Of a stretch of DNA of 64,000 bases, positions 1 to 9,932 are shown piece after piece. Source of the DNA: Dehalococcoidia bacterium (GTDB lineage Bacteria; Chloroflexota; Dehalococcoidia; UBA2979); the NCBI GenBank assembly GCA_965262725.1, contig OZ253555.1, forward strand, positions 1 to 64,000, read 5' to 3'. Position 1 is the stretch's first letter; each line of letters starts with the position of its first letter. The notes below the pieces were generated by a model that worked only from the letters and a program-made list of their open reading frames with translations, searched no databases and was not told where the DNA came from. Position numbers and translations under genes: made by a program.

Positions 1-2
1 GT

Positions 3-440
3 GTTCCTTGGTCTTGGCCGGACTGGAGTCAGGCCCACGCCGATGGCACCTTCGCCAACAGATGGGACGATCCCGAGGGGACGTACCGTGCGCTCTACGC
101 AACTTCGACCCGCTTCGGCGGCTTCCTCGAGATCCTGTCCCGATTCCGTCCCGACCGTGCGGTCGTCGCTGAGCTCCAGGCGATCGGGGGTGGCGGCGAC
201 CCGGTCGCCGCCGGGACAGTTCCACGGGAGTGGTTCCCGCGCAGGCTCATCGGCATCGCGGAACTGGACGGGCTCTACGCCGACATCGGCGCCGCTTCCT
301 CGCTGGCCCTGCTGCGCTCCCGGTTTGCGGCGAGAGCGATCCACCACGGCCTGCCGGATGTTGATGCTGCGGCGCTCCGGATCATCGGTGCCGCATGTAC
401 AGTGACGCGACCGGGCACCGACGTTGGGATGGCGCGATGA
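3..440 (+). pseudogene. RES-domain protein, open at the window edge and apparently C-terminally truncated
   Basis: Frame 3 reads PWSWPDW...GTFANRWDDPEGTYRALYATSTRFGGFLEILSRFRPD (RES-like R and E motifs). It lacks the C-terminal SR motif. Stop overlaps the next ATG (ATGA 437-440). Confidence 0.6.
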
Positions 441-2947
441 AGCGCAGCGCCAGGCCGAAGATCGCGATCCTCGGAGCATTGCTGCTGCTGGCTGCCGCCG
501 CTGCCCCCGGCAGCGCCGGTGCGCAGAGCGGGACCGCTGACGGGGACACCGTCCGCATCGAGCTGCGCGTCTTGCAGGACCTGGACGACGACCTCGGCAT
601 CTCCGTCAGCGCCCGACCGGCAGACGGCGCGTGGCAGACGCTGGGAGTGATCGCGGTGCCGCTGGATGGCAGCAGCGGGCCCTACCGCTACGGCGACATC
701 ACCCTTGCGGTTCCGCTGTCGAACCGGGCAACCCCCGCGCACATCGAGATGCGGGTCTGGCAGCACGTGGAGAACAGCCGCCGCATCTACCTCAGCGCTC
801 GGCCACGAGGCGGCTCGTGGCCGACGCTGGGCACGATCGCGCTGCCGCTGGACGACGGCATCGACTCCCTCCGCGGTCTTCGCTACGGCGACACAAGCAT
901 CGACGCGCCGCTACCCGAGGACGAGGTGTCGACGCTCGCGGGGCGCGCGGGCGTGCGTGGGTATCAGGACGGTCGGGGCGACGAGGCGATCTTCGGGCGG
1001 TTCGCCGACGATCTTGGCCTGGGTGTGGGAGTCGATCACGACGGGAGCGTCATCGTTGCGGACCGGCAGAACCGCGCGATCCGGCGCATTGCCCCCGACG
1101 GCACGGTGACAACCATTGCCGGAGGGAACGGCCGGGGTGTGCGCGACGGCCCCGCCTCGGTCGCGCAGTTTGCCGGACCGACGGACGTGGCCATTGCCGC
1201 TGACGGAACGATCTACGTGGCCGACTACTATGGCCACCGCATCCGCAAGATCGCGCCGGACGGGATGGTGACGACAGTCGCCGGCGGCGGCCCCATCTTC
1301 GGACCACCATTCGGGGAGGGCGCCTGGGGCAGCTTCCGCGATGGACGCTCCGCCGAGGCGAGGTTCGGCTTTCCCCACGGGATCGCGCTGGATGGGAACG
1401 GCAACCTCTTCATTGCTGAGGACTACAGGCGCATCAGGCGTATCTCCCCGTCCGGCGATGTCTCGACCCACGCGGGAGGAGGCGCGCTTGGCTACCGCGA
1501 TGGCCACAGGGGAGAAGCGCAGTTCTTCAATCTGCTCGCGATTGACGTGGACGCCGACGGGAACATCTACGTCATCGACAACCACTTCCACAGCGGCATC
1601 GCCATCCGCAAAGTCGACACCACTGGCGTCGTGTCAACACTCCGTCGCGGAACCGCTTCGTTTCGCAGTGGAACGCTCGCCTCTGCGGTAGGTCTTGCCG
1701 TGACAGGCGATGGCGCCATCTACGTCGCGAACACCGGGCGGCACCAGATCCTCGAGTTGACGTCCCGGGGCATCCTGCGCGCCGTGGCGGGCACCGGCGA
1801 GCAGGGGTACGCCGACGGGTCTCGGTCTGAGGCGATGTTCAACCTGCCGGGTGCGATTGGGGTCGCGGACGATGGCCGTCTTGTCGTGGCCGATGAGGGG
1901 AACAATCTGATCCGCACGATCGCCCCCACGGCGACCAGTTCTTCCGCACGCGGCCAGACGCTGGCAGTCGCTGGGCAACTCCCGCGGCTGGAAGACGTGA
2001 AGGTCACGGTCTTCGCCAGCGGGTCGCTCCTCTCGCGGCCGTCGGGGATGGCGCTGGATCTCGAGGGGAACGTGATCGTCGCGGATTCCGGACGCCACGC
2101 GATCCGTCGCATCTCGCCGAGAGGGACTGTGACCACGATTGCCGGTGGCAGGGGGCAGGGCCTTCGCGACGACGTGGGTAGAGGCGCCCAGTTCTCCGAG
2201 CCAGAGGGTGTCGCCGTGCACGCGGATGGCTCGATCTACGTTGCCGACTCACGGAACAACCGCATTCGCAGGATCGCGCCGGACGGGTCGGTCACGACAG
2301 TCGCGGGGGGCGGCCCGCCCGCGACCGAGGAGAATTGGGGCGACTTCCGCGATGGCCCGGCCAGCGAAGCGAGATTCCGCGGCCCGAGCGCACTCGCATT
2401 CGACGGAGCGGGAAACCTGGTCATCGTTGATACGGAGAACAGCCGGATACGACTGCTCTCGCCGGACGGCGAGGTCTCGACCATCGCGGGAGCGGCGTCC
2501 ATCCCCGCTCCTGACCGTCACCAGGGAAACCCCGGGAGTCAGGACGGGCCGGGGAGTCGGGCGCTCTTCCACTCGCCGCACGGGATCGCCCTCGCCGCCG
2601 ACGGCAGCATCTTCTTCGCCGAGAGCAACTCCGCCATCCGCATGATCGACGGCAGCGGTTTCGTCTCGACGGTGTTGAGGACTCCGCACACTCGCTATGG
2701 GGGAGCGCTCTCGCCCTTCCTCGGGGGGATCGCGCGAGGGAGTGATGGTGCGCTGTATGTGACGGACCATGACTACGATCGGATCGTCAGGGTCACCCGG
2801 GACGGAGAGGTATCGATCGTTGCCGACCTTGGGTTCACCAGGCCGCTCGGGATCATCGTCACCGCCGATGGCGATCTCCTCGTGTCCGACAGCGGCGTGA
2901 TCTGGAAGATCACGCTCGGAGACGGGACCGGGACGGCGGCAGAGTAA
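437..2947 (+). CDS. Secreted NHL-repeat (beta-propeller) protein with two N-terminal copies of an unnamed domain
   Basis: Signal peptide MKRSARPKIAILGALLLLAAAAAPGSAGA and many F..P.GIA.D.DG.IYVAD..N.RIR.I..DG.V.T.AG repeats. Confidence 0.9.
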   Translation: MKRSARPKIAILGALLLLAAAAAPGSAGAQSGTADGDTVRIELRVLQDLDDDLGISVSARPADGAWQTLGVIAVPLDGSSGPYRYGDITLAVPLSNRATPAHIEMRVWQHVENSRRIYLSARPRGGSWPTLGTIALPLDDGIDSLRGLRYGDTSIDAPLPEDEVSTLAGRAGVRGYQDGRGDEAIFGRFADDLGLGVGVDHDGSVIVADRQNRAIRRIAPDGTVTTIAGGNGRGVRDGPASVAQFAGPTDVAIAADGTIYVADYYGHRIRKIAPDGMVTTVAGGGPIFGPPFGEGAWGSFRDGRSAEARFGFPHGIALDGNGNLFIAEDYRRIRRISPSGDVSTHAGGGALGYRDGHRGEAQFFNLLAIDVDADGNIYVIDNHFHSGIAIRKVDTTGVVSTLRRGTASFRSGTLASAVGLAVTGDGAIYVANTGRHQILELTSRGILRAVAGTGEQGYADGSRSEAMFNLPGAIGVADDGRLVVADEGNNLIRTIAPTATSSSARGQTLAVAGQLPRLEDVKVTVFASGSLLSRPSGMALDLEGNVIVADSGRHAIRRISPRGTVTTIAGGRGQGLRDDVGRGAQFSEPEGVAVHADGSIYVADSRNNRIRRIAPDGSVTTVAGGGPPATEENWGDFRDGPASEARFRGPSALAFDGAGNLVIVDTENSRIRLLSPDGEVSTIAGAASIPAPDRHQGNPGSQDGPGSRALFHSPHGIALAADGSIFFAESNSAIRMIDGSGFVSTVLRTPHTRYGGALSPFLGGIARGSDGALYVTDHDYDRIVRVTRDGEVSIVADLGFTRPLGIIVTADGDLLVSDSGVIWKITLGDGTGTAAE

Positions 2948-3320
2948 CTGCCGGGCCGCCTGAGCCTCCGCGCCCAACCCCCGCGGCGGCGGCGGCGCAC
3001 CGCAGCGTTCTGATGGGGATCGTCCGCGCCGCCGACGCCGCCCTGGCAGCGGGGGCGGCGCATCGAGTGGTGAATGCGCCTGGGCCCAGCGACCATCTCG
3101 TCTGCGAGCGCCGGCACATCGCGGCAGCCCGCGAGCGCGGGCAGGTCGCCGTCGACGATCGCCGCCGGGCCGCTCAGGGCCGCCCCGCTTCCCGGTCGGG
3201 CACGCGCCCGGCGTCCGGCCCCTGAGCCTCAGCCAGGGAGACTGAGGCTCACGCGGGCGCCGGGCGGCCTCGCACCGGGTCCACACCGCCGAAGGCCCCG
3301 TTCGCGCGCCGGCCGCCGCG

Positions 3321-3740
3321 GTGGAGCGGATACGCCGCCGCGCCTGGACGGCGCTGACGCAGCAGCGCCCGGAAGTGCGTTCCCCCGTGGCCGGCGGCGC
3401 CATGCTCGTGCTCCCGATCGCGGCGGTCGTGGTGGCGCTCCGCGGCTACCTGTGGTGGGAGCTGGGTGAACTGCTCGCGCTCGCCGCCCTGGGCGGCCTG
3501 GTTGCCGCCGGGCTGGGTCTGCTCGCGTTCGGGGCGCAGTGGCTGCGACGGCGCGCGGAGCCGCTTTCGCCGGCGCTCGTCGAACGTAAGCCCACTCAGC
3601 CGCTCTTCCGCGCCGCGCTCGAGGTCGTCTGCATCGGGCCGCGCGGGAGCGGGCCCGAGCGGCTCCGCGCGCTTGTGCTCGGGAGTCGCTGCGCGCTCTC
3701 GACGACCCCGGGGGCGGCGGCCTCCGGCCGTTCCGGCAAG
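3321..3740 (+). pseudogene. Fragment of the N-terminal membrane region of a VirD4-like coupling protein
   Basis: PLSPALVERKPTQPLFRAALEVVCIGPRGS matches PLAPALAERKLAGPLFSASLRVTAIGPRGS of the 7404-9932 protein. Confidence 0.7.
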
Positions 3741-3742
3741 GG

Positions 3743-3995
3743 TTGGACCGGATTTGGACTGCTCCGTGGCCCTCCGGAAGAAATCCGGAACAAATCCGGA
3801 ACGTTTTGAACTCTCATGGAACGCAGCCGGAACTTTCTGTGAACGCCTTGCGGCAGGCTTTCCCTGTATCGCTGCGCGCCGGTCACGTGTGCCGGCGTGA
3901 GGCGATGCGGAAGGAGGGCGACCGGTGCGGTTGAGCGTGCGGGCGCGGGAGGCGGACACGGAAAGGAGAACACGATGCATGAGGTGAACACGCTT
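3743..3995 (+). promoter_or_regulatory. Transfer-operon promoter copy 1 (YGGAAC repeats), followed by virB6 and pilin start stubs
   Basis: GGAAC-like cores at 3776, 3787, 3798, 3807, 3818, 3829 and 3840; CAGGCT at 3854; then gcgATGCGGAAGG; then RBS + MHEVNTL (pilin-like start). Confidence 0.65.
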
Positions 3996-4059
3996 TTGGG
4001 GGCATCCCCATGCGAGGGGACCCCGGGCCGCGAGGAAGCGCCGGCCCGGCGAACTGGGA

Positions 4060-4173
4060 ACGCTGTGACCGAATTGAGACCGATTGGGACTGCCATGGGA
4101 CCTCTGTGGGACTTCCGTGTGACCGCCCTGCGGCAGGCTTCCCCTCTATCGCTGCGAGCCGGCCACCTGTGCC
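4060..4173 (+). promoter_or_regulatory. Transfer-operon promoter copy 2 (GGGACY repeats); leader interrupted by IS21 and resumes at 6777
   Basis: GAC cores at 4067, 4078, 4088, 4099, 4110 and 4121; CAGGCT at 4134; leader homologous to copies 1 and 3. Confidence 0.65.
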
Positions 4174-4269
4174 TGTCGATCGCCAGGGTCATTGAGCCAC
4201 GCGTCGCCACGGTCATTGGACCACCCGGGACGCCGGTAGGCGGCTTGATATCAGTGAGCGTCTAGCGCG

Positions 4270-5043
4270 TCAATCACCTCCCGTCTGCGCCTCGAGCAGG
4301 GCGCGGTGCGGCGAGAGCCGCTGGCGGTAGCTATCGCCCTCGATCACGATCTGGTAGCTGGCGTTCGCGAGCCGGTCGAGGGCGCTGTTGCCGAGGATCG
4401 GGTCGTCGAAGAGACCCAGCCATTCCTCCACGGCGCGGTTCGAGGTGATCACGAAGCTCGAGCTGCGGTGGCGCCCGATGACCAGCTCGTAGAGGTCGAT
4501 GGACTGCTGCGCGCTGAGGCGATGGAGCCCGAGGTCGTCGAGGATGAGCAGGTCGGGCGCGAGGAAGCTTCGGAAGACCTTCTCGGCCGAGTGGTCGACG
4601 CGGGCCTGCGCCATCTCGCGGAAGTAGTGGTCGGCCGGGGCGAAGCGCACGGTGCGTCCGGAGCGGACGGCTGAGTAGCCGAGCGCCTGGGCTAAGAAGC
4701 TCTTGCCGACGCCGACGGGGCCGACGAGCAGGACGTGCTCGCGGCGGTCGAGGAAGTGCAGCGAGAAGGCGGCGTCGAGCAGGCGGCGGTCGAGCCGGAT
4801 GGCGGCCGCCCAGTCGAAGTCCTCGAGGCGGCAGAGCTGCTCGAAGCCGGCCTGGCGCAGGCGCAGCTCCAACCGCCCGTGGTCGCGGCGGCTCACCTCG
4901 TCGACGAGCAGGATCTGCAGGAAGTCCGCGTAGTCGAGGTGGTCGCGCCGCGCGAGGGCGATGCGCTCGGGCAACGTGTCGAGCATACGGCCGAGCTTGA
5001 GGCGCTTGAGCAGCGGACGGAGGTCTGAGGTGGTGGCGGTCAT
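4270..5043 (-). CDS. istB: IS21 helper ATPase
   Basis: GPVGVGKS Walker A, LLILDDLG Walker B, ITSN, LDRL...IEGDSYR. Confidence 0.95.
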   Translation of the reverse strand: MTATTSDLRPLLKRLKLGRMLDTLPERIALARRDHLDYADFLQILLVDEVSRRDHGRLELRLRQAGFEQLCRLEDFDWAAAIRLDRRLLDAAFSLHFLDRREHVLLVGPVGVGKSFLAQALGYSAVRSGRTVRFAPADHYFREMAQARVDHSAEKVFRSFLAPDLLILDDLGLHRLSAQQSIDLYELVIGRHRSSSFVITSNRAVEEWLGLFDDPILGNSALDRLANASYQIVIEGDSYRQRLSPHRALLEAQTGGD

Positions 5044-6620
5044 CGTGGTGCTCCTGTCGGGGTCTGCGTGCGGGACTGTGCGAAGACGGAGCCCGAGTGG
5101 GCGAAGCGCCCCGGAGGCGGCGGCAGCTCGGGCTGGTCTGGGGTGCTCTCCTGGTCGAGGGCCTCGACGAGGATGCGCTCGAGGCGGCGCACGTCGATGA
5201 GGTCGACCTCGAGCGCGCGGCGGCAGGCGGCGTCGAGGCGGTCCGGGGAGTAGCGCTCGGCGAGGCGCAGCAGCTTGTGGCCCTGCCGCAGCTTCGCCCA
5301 GGGCAGGGAGCCCTCGAAGAGACGCTCGGCGTAGGCGCCCACGGCCTCCCCCAGCTCGGCGGCGCGGCGCTGTATCCAGTCGGGCGCCCGCCTGGTGTAG
5401 GGGGTGAGCTCGGCCGGGTAGTCGTTCGGGTCGGTGGCGCGGCCGCCCCGGCGCTGGCGCGGGTGGACCTTGATGAGCTGACCGCGGTGGTAGATGCGCA
5501 CCAGCTTCGAGCCGAGCTGCACCTCGACCTTCTGGCGGGGCGGGCAGGCCGTGGACGGCACCGAGTACAGCGCGTACTGGCAGGCGATGTGGTGGTCGGG
5601 ATGGACCGTGGCGGTCCGCCAGTCGGGGACCTCGTAGGGCTCGCCGTCCCAGGGAGCGAGGAGAGGGAGCTCCTCCTCCCGGAAGACCTCGAGCGGCCGG
5701 CGGCGGGTCGTGCCGTGGATGCGCTGTCCCGCCACCTCCAGGCACCAGCTGCGGGCGGCGGAGCGCAGGTCGACGACGTCCCGGAAGTCGCCGCCCTTGA
5801 AGAGGCGCTCGCGCACGTAGGGGATGCTGCGCTCGACGCGCGGCTTGTCGCGGGGATGACGCACGCGCGCGGGGTCGGTGATGAAGCCGCGGTGGCGGGC
5901 GTACTCGAGGAAGCCCCGCGTGAAGCGCGGGTGCAGCGCGTCGGCCCCGGCGACGGCGGCCGGGAAGTTATCGATGACGAGGTAGCGGGGCACGCCCCCG
6001 AAGAAGGACCAGGCCTCCTCCAGGCCCTCGATCACAGCGTCCAGCTTCTGGCTGGTGGTGGGCCACACAAAGCAGTGGCGGGAGTAGCGCCAGACGACGA
6101 CCAGCGCCCACACCGCGCGCCGGCGGCCGCTCTCGGGGTCCCGGATGAAGCCGAGGCGGCCGAAGTCCATCTCCGCCACCTCGCCCGGCGGCCCGTCGTC
6201 CATGCGCACGGTCGACGGCAGCCGGTGGCGCCAGCCGCGGCGCCGGATGAAACGCCGCAGCGTGGTGTAGGAGACCTCGCAGCCTCGTCCGGCGAGGAGC
6301 TCCTGGATGCGCGTCAGTTGCAGGCGGTCGGTCTCAAGCCAGCGCTCGATCTGCTCCGCCCAGGGCGAGAGCAGCTCTTCGCTCGGCGCCTCGACCTGCC
6401 GCGGGCCGGAGAGGCTCAGCGTCGCCAGCGCGGCGAGCTGCTCCTCACTCGGCTCGGGACCGTCAGGTGTGAGGCCGGCCGCTTCGGCCGCGTCGATGTA
6501 GCGGCGGACCGTCTGACGCGACAACCCCATCCCGCTGGCGATGCGGCGCTGGCTGAGCCCCGCCTGCCAGCGACGAATGATCTCCTGAATCTCCACCCCG
6601 TGTACCTCCCGGTAGGCCAT
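5040..6620 (-). CDS. istA: IS21 transposase
   Basis: N-terminal HTH, AEMDFG, VIDN, KPRVER DDE motifs. Confidence 0.95.
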   Translation of the reverse strand: MAYREVHGVEIQEIIRRWQAGLSQRRIASGMGLSRQTVRRYIDAAEAAGLTPDGPEPSEEQLAALATLSLSGPRQVEAPSEELLSPWAEQIERWLETDRLQLTRIQELLAGRGCEVSYTTLRRFIRRRGWRHRLPSTVRMDDGPPGEVAEMDFGRLGFIRDPESGRRRAVWALVVVWRYSRHCFVWPTTSQKLDAVIEGLEEAWSFFGGVPRYLVIDNFPAAVAGADALHPRFTRGFLEYARHRGFITDPARVRHPRDKPRVERSIPYVRERLFKGGDFRDVVDLRSAARSWCLEVAGQRIHGTTRRRPLEVFREEELPLLAPWDGEPYEVPDWRTATVHPDHHIACQYALYSVPSTACPPRQKVEVQLGSKLVRIYHRGQLIKVHPRQRRGGRATDPNDYPAELTPYTRRAPDWIQRRAAELGEAVGAYAERLFEGSLPWAKLRQGHKLLRLAERYSPDRLDAACRRALEVDLIDVRRLERILVEALDQESTPDQPELPPPPGRFAHSGSVFAQSRTQTPTGAPR

Positions 6621-7001
6621 CGCTGCTCCCTCCGCTGGGGATGCAGGCGATGGTGGCCGTACCGGCGGCCCGAGTGGTCAGACCCCCCGGAGGGGTGGCT
6701 CAATGACCTTGGCGAAGTGGCACATAGACCCTGGCGATCTCGCCGTTTGCTGGTCTATAGATCCTGGCGATTCACAGTGCCGGCGTGAGGCGATGCGGAA
6801 GGAGGCCGGCCGGTGCGGTGGAGCCTGCCCGCCGCTTACCCGGCGCTCGGCTGCGGGCCGGCCGCGCTCGCGGATCGGCCCGCTGACCCGGGCCGGGAAG
6901 TGCGCGCTGGTGGGCGCAGCTCCGCCTCCCGGCTCGCGCCTCGCCGGCGCTGTGGATCTGGCGGGGAGGAAGCGCCGGCCCGCCGAAGTTTCGAGCGAAT
7001 C

Positions 7002-7140
7002 TGGAGTTCTCCGTGAAATTTGGACCGTTTTTGGACCTTTCGTGGACCTCCGGTGGACCACCTTGCAGCAGGCTTTCCCTGTATTGCCGCGAACCGGCCA
7101 CCTGTGCTTGGCGTGAGGCGATGCGGAAGGAGCCGACCGG
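7002..7140 (+). promoter_or_regulatory. Transfer-operon promoter copy 3 (TGGACC repeats)
   Basis: TGGACC at 7021, 7032, 7043 and 7054; CAGGCT at 7069; upstream of the pilin gene. Confidence 0.7.
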
Positions 7141-7188
7141 TGCGGTGGCGTGTGTGGGCGCAGGAGGCACGGGGAAGAGGAGGACGCA

Positions 7189-7407
7189 ATGAATGAGCTG
7201 AGCACGCTTTTCGGAAATCTGCTCGAGCTCGGGACCGTGGTCGCGGCCTGCTTCGTGATGTGGGGGGTCTTCCTCTACATGACCGCGGGCGGCTCGCAGC
7301 GACAGCTGGAGACGGCGAAGTCGGCGATCCCCAGCGCGCTCACCGGGCTGGCGGTCGTGCTGCTCGCGCGCGTGATCGTGTCGATGGTGCAGGGAGCGGT
7401 GGCATGA
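7189..7407 (+). CDS. TrbC/VirB2-like pilin
   Basis: GAGGAGG RBS; two hydrophobic helices around YMTAGGSQRQLETAK; paralog at 34701-34931. Confidence 0.8.
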   Translation: MNELSTLFGNLLELGTVVAACFVMWGVFLYMTAGGSQRQLETAKSAIPSALTGLAVVLLARVIVSMVQGAVA

Positions 7408-9932
7408 TCGGGCGCCTTGGTATCGCGATTGGCCGGGGTGACGCCGCCGGCGCCTCCGGTGACCGCGCGGACCGCGGCCTGCTCGCCGAGGTCGTGCCGC
7501 CGCGGCGGCTCGAGGAGGGCGAGCGCGCCGCACGGGACTTCTTCGCCACGCTCGCGGGGGGCGAGGCGCTCGGCCTCCAGGTCGTGATCACCGCGGCCGG
7601 CCCGCGCTTCCTGCTGCGCGCCGGCTCGGAGCGCGCCCTGGAGCGTGCGCTCTCACAGCTCGGCGCCGCCTACCCGCAGGTGGGCGTGGAGCGCCTCGAT
7701 GCCGCAGGGCGCCCCGACCTCGACCCCGCGCTGTGCGGCTCAACGGAAGAGGCGGCCTCGCTCTCGCTCGCGCCGCGCGAGGACGCGGCGCTCCCGCTGC
7801 TGCGCGCCGGCAGGGGGGAGGAGTCGCCGCTCGCGGTGGCGCTGGCGGCGGCGCCGCTGCGCCGCGGTGAGCGCGTACTGCTGGAGCTCGAGATCGCCTC
7901 CGCGCCCCCCCGCGCGGCGTCGCGCCTGCGCGCACGCGCGCAGCCTCGGGTCGCCCCCGCACGCGAGGAATCGCCCGGCGCCGTCGCCGATGCCGCCCGG
8001 CTCGTGCTCCCGCTCGCCGCCGCGCTGGTCGGGGTGCGCCTCTACCTCTGGTACCAGGCGGGCGAGATCCTGCCGCTCGTGCTCTCCGGCGCCGGCGTGC
8101 TCGCCGGGGGCGCCCTGTTGGCACTGGCGCTGAGGGCCGTGCACGCCCGCTCGGCCCCGCTGGCCCCCGCTCTCGCCGAGCGCAAGCTCGCGGGCCCGCT
8201 CTTCTCAGCCTCCCTGCGCGTGACCGCGATCGGCCCGCGCGGGAGCGAGGGTGGCCGCCTGCCAGCGCTGGCGCGGCAGGTGGCGGATGGGCTCTCCGCT
8301 CTCGACGACCCCGGCGGGGGCGGTCTGCGCCCGGGCGCCCGGCGCCGCCGGCTGCTGCTGAACGCAGAGGAGGCGGCCGCGCTCTGGCATCTCCCGACGA
8401 CGGGAGAGGGAGCAGACGGGACGCGGCGCATGCGCGCGCGCCGGCTCCCGCCCCCGCCCGGGCACGCGCTCCGCGGCGCCCGGGTTGGCACCGTTAACTC
8501 CGGCGGTCGCGGGGAGGCGGGCCCGGGCGGCGTCTTCCTCCCCGCGCCCCTGCTCCACCGCAACCATCTCGTCGTCGCGAAGACGCGTCGCGGGAAGTCG
8601 ACGCTGCTCGCCCACCTGGCGCGCGGGGTGATGGAGCGCGCGCTCGACGACCCGCGGGGCGCTTCGCTCGTCGTCGTCGACCCGCACCGCGATCTCGCCG
8701 AGGCGGTGCTCGACTCGGTTCCGCCGCAGCTCGCGGGCGACACCGTCTACCTCGACATGGCGCACCGCGAGCGCCCGGTCGGGCTCAACCTGCTCGACGT
8801 CGGGCTCTTCCCCGACCGCGACCTGGCGACCGAGCATGTCGTCACGGTGATGAGCCGGATCTGGCCCGACAGCTGGGGTCCGCGCATGGAGGGGGCGCTG
8901 CGCGCCTCGGTCGCGACGCTGATGGAGCTGAACAGCGCCCTCCCGCGCGATCGCCAGCACACGCTGCTCGACGTCGCGCCCCTGCTCGCCGACGCCGAGT
9001 ACCGCGAAGCGCTCCTGGAGCAGCTCGACGACGCGGTGCTCCAGTCGTGGTGGAAGAACAACTACAACCGCCTGAACAGGACGCTCCAGCAGCAGGTGGC
9101 GACCCCGGTCACGAACAAGATCGGCCGCTTCGTCGTGAGCGAGGCCTCGCGCCTCCTGCTCGGGCAGTCGTGCTCGACCATCGATCCCCGCCTGGCGCTC
9201 CGCGAGCGCTCCGTGCTCGTCATCAACACCGCGTCGGGCGCGCTGGGCGAGGGCGCCTCGGCGCTCATCGGCGCGACCTGGCTCAACCTGCTGGGGCTGA
9301 TGGTGGAGGAGCAGGCGATGCTCCCGCCCGAGGAGCGGCGCCGCGTGGTGGTGCTCGTCGACGAGTCGAGCACGCTCGCCGCCGTTGACTACCGCCGCAT
9401 GCTCTCCGAGCTCGTGAAGTACGGGGCGAGTTTCGTGCTCGTCACGCAGGGGCTGGCGATGCTCGACGCCGTCGACCGCCAGCTCGCGCCGTCGATCATC
9501 TCGAACATCGACGGCCTCACCGTCTTCCAGGTGAGCGCGGAGGATGCCCGCCGGCTCGCCCCCGAGCTCGGCGGCGACCTCGACGTCGAGGACCTGACCG
9601 GGCTCGACGACTTCGAGTGCTACGCCCGGTGGTGGGACGGCCGGACGCGCCCGAGGGCCTTCTCGTTCCGGGTCGACCCTCCGCCCCGCGCCCGGGCCAG
9701 CGCCCGCGCGCAGCTGGCCGAGCGCTCGGCCGCCCGCTTCGGGCGCCCGCGCGAGGAGGTCGCGGCGGAGGTCGCGCGCGCGCTCACGGCGCCGGGGCGC
9801 GCGGCGAGGCGCATCCCCTCGGCCCCGGTCACCGTCGCCCCGGAGGGCGTCGACCCGCTCGGGCCGGGCGACGGCGGGGCGGAGGTCGACGGGGGCGGAT
9901 TCTCGCCGGCGCCGTGGGAGCGCGGCGGGTGA
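7404..9932 (+). CDS. Type IV secretion coupling protein / VirD4-HerA-like ATPase
   Basis: Transmembrane pair, AKTRRGKST Walker A, VVVDPHRD, VVLVDE Walker B, LVTQ. Confidence 0.85.
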   Translation: MIGRLGIAIGRGDAAGASGDRADRGLLAEVVPPRRLEEGERAARDFFATLAGGEALGLQVVITAAGPRFLLRAGSERALERALSQLGAAYPQVGVERLDAAGRPDLDPALCGSTEEAASLSLAPREDAALPLLRAGRGEESPLAVALAAAPLRRGERVLLELEIASAPPRAASRLRARAQPRVAPAREESPGAVADAARLVLPLAAALVGVRLYLWYQAGEILPLVLSGAGVLAGGALLALALRAVHARSAPLAPALAERKLAGPLFSASLRVTAIGPRGSEGGRLPALARQVADGLSALDDPGGGGLRPGARRRRLLLNAEEAAALWHLPTTGEGADGTRRMRARRLPPPPGHALRGARVGTVNSGGRGEAGPGGVFLPAPLLHRNHLVVAKTRRGKSTLLAHLARGVMERALDDPRGASLVVVDPHRDLAEAVLDSVPPQLAGDTVYLDMAHRERPVGLNLLDVGLFPDRDLATEHVVTVMSRIWPDSWGPRMEGALRASVATLMELNSALPRDRQHTLLDVAPLLADAEYREALLEQLDDAVLQSWWKNNYNRLNRTLQQQVATPVTNKIGRFVVSEASRLLLGQSCSTIDPRLALRERSVLVINTASGALGEGASALIGATWLNLLGLMVEEQAMLPPEERRRVVVLVDESSTLAAVDYRRMLSELVKYGASFVLVTQGLAMLDAVDRQLAPSIISNIDGLTVFQVSAEDARRLAPELGGDLDVEDLTGLDDFECYARWWDGRTRPRAFSFRVDPPPRARASARAQLAERSAARFGRPREEVAAEVARALTAPGRAARRIPSAPVTVAPEGVDPLGPGDGGAEVDGGGFSPAPWERGG

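Larger units (their letters stand above)
4174..6776 (-). mobile_element. Complete IS21-family element
   Basis: Ends TGTCGATCGCCAGG / CCTGGCGATTCACA; 5-bp target duplication GTGCC (4169-4173 and 6777-6781); contains istA and istB. Confidence 0.95.

Noticed and set aside
3776-3845. 11-bp repeat arrays as CRISPR or simple VNTR
   Set aside because: Only a 5-6-nt core recurs with helical phasing at a fixed distance from a -10-like box, which fits protein binding sites.
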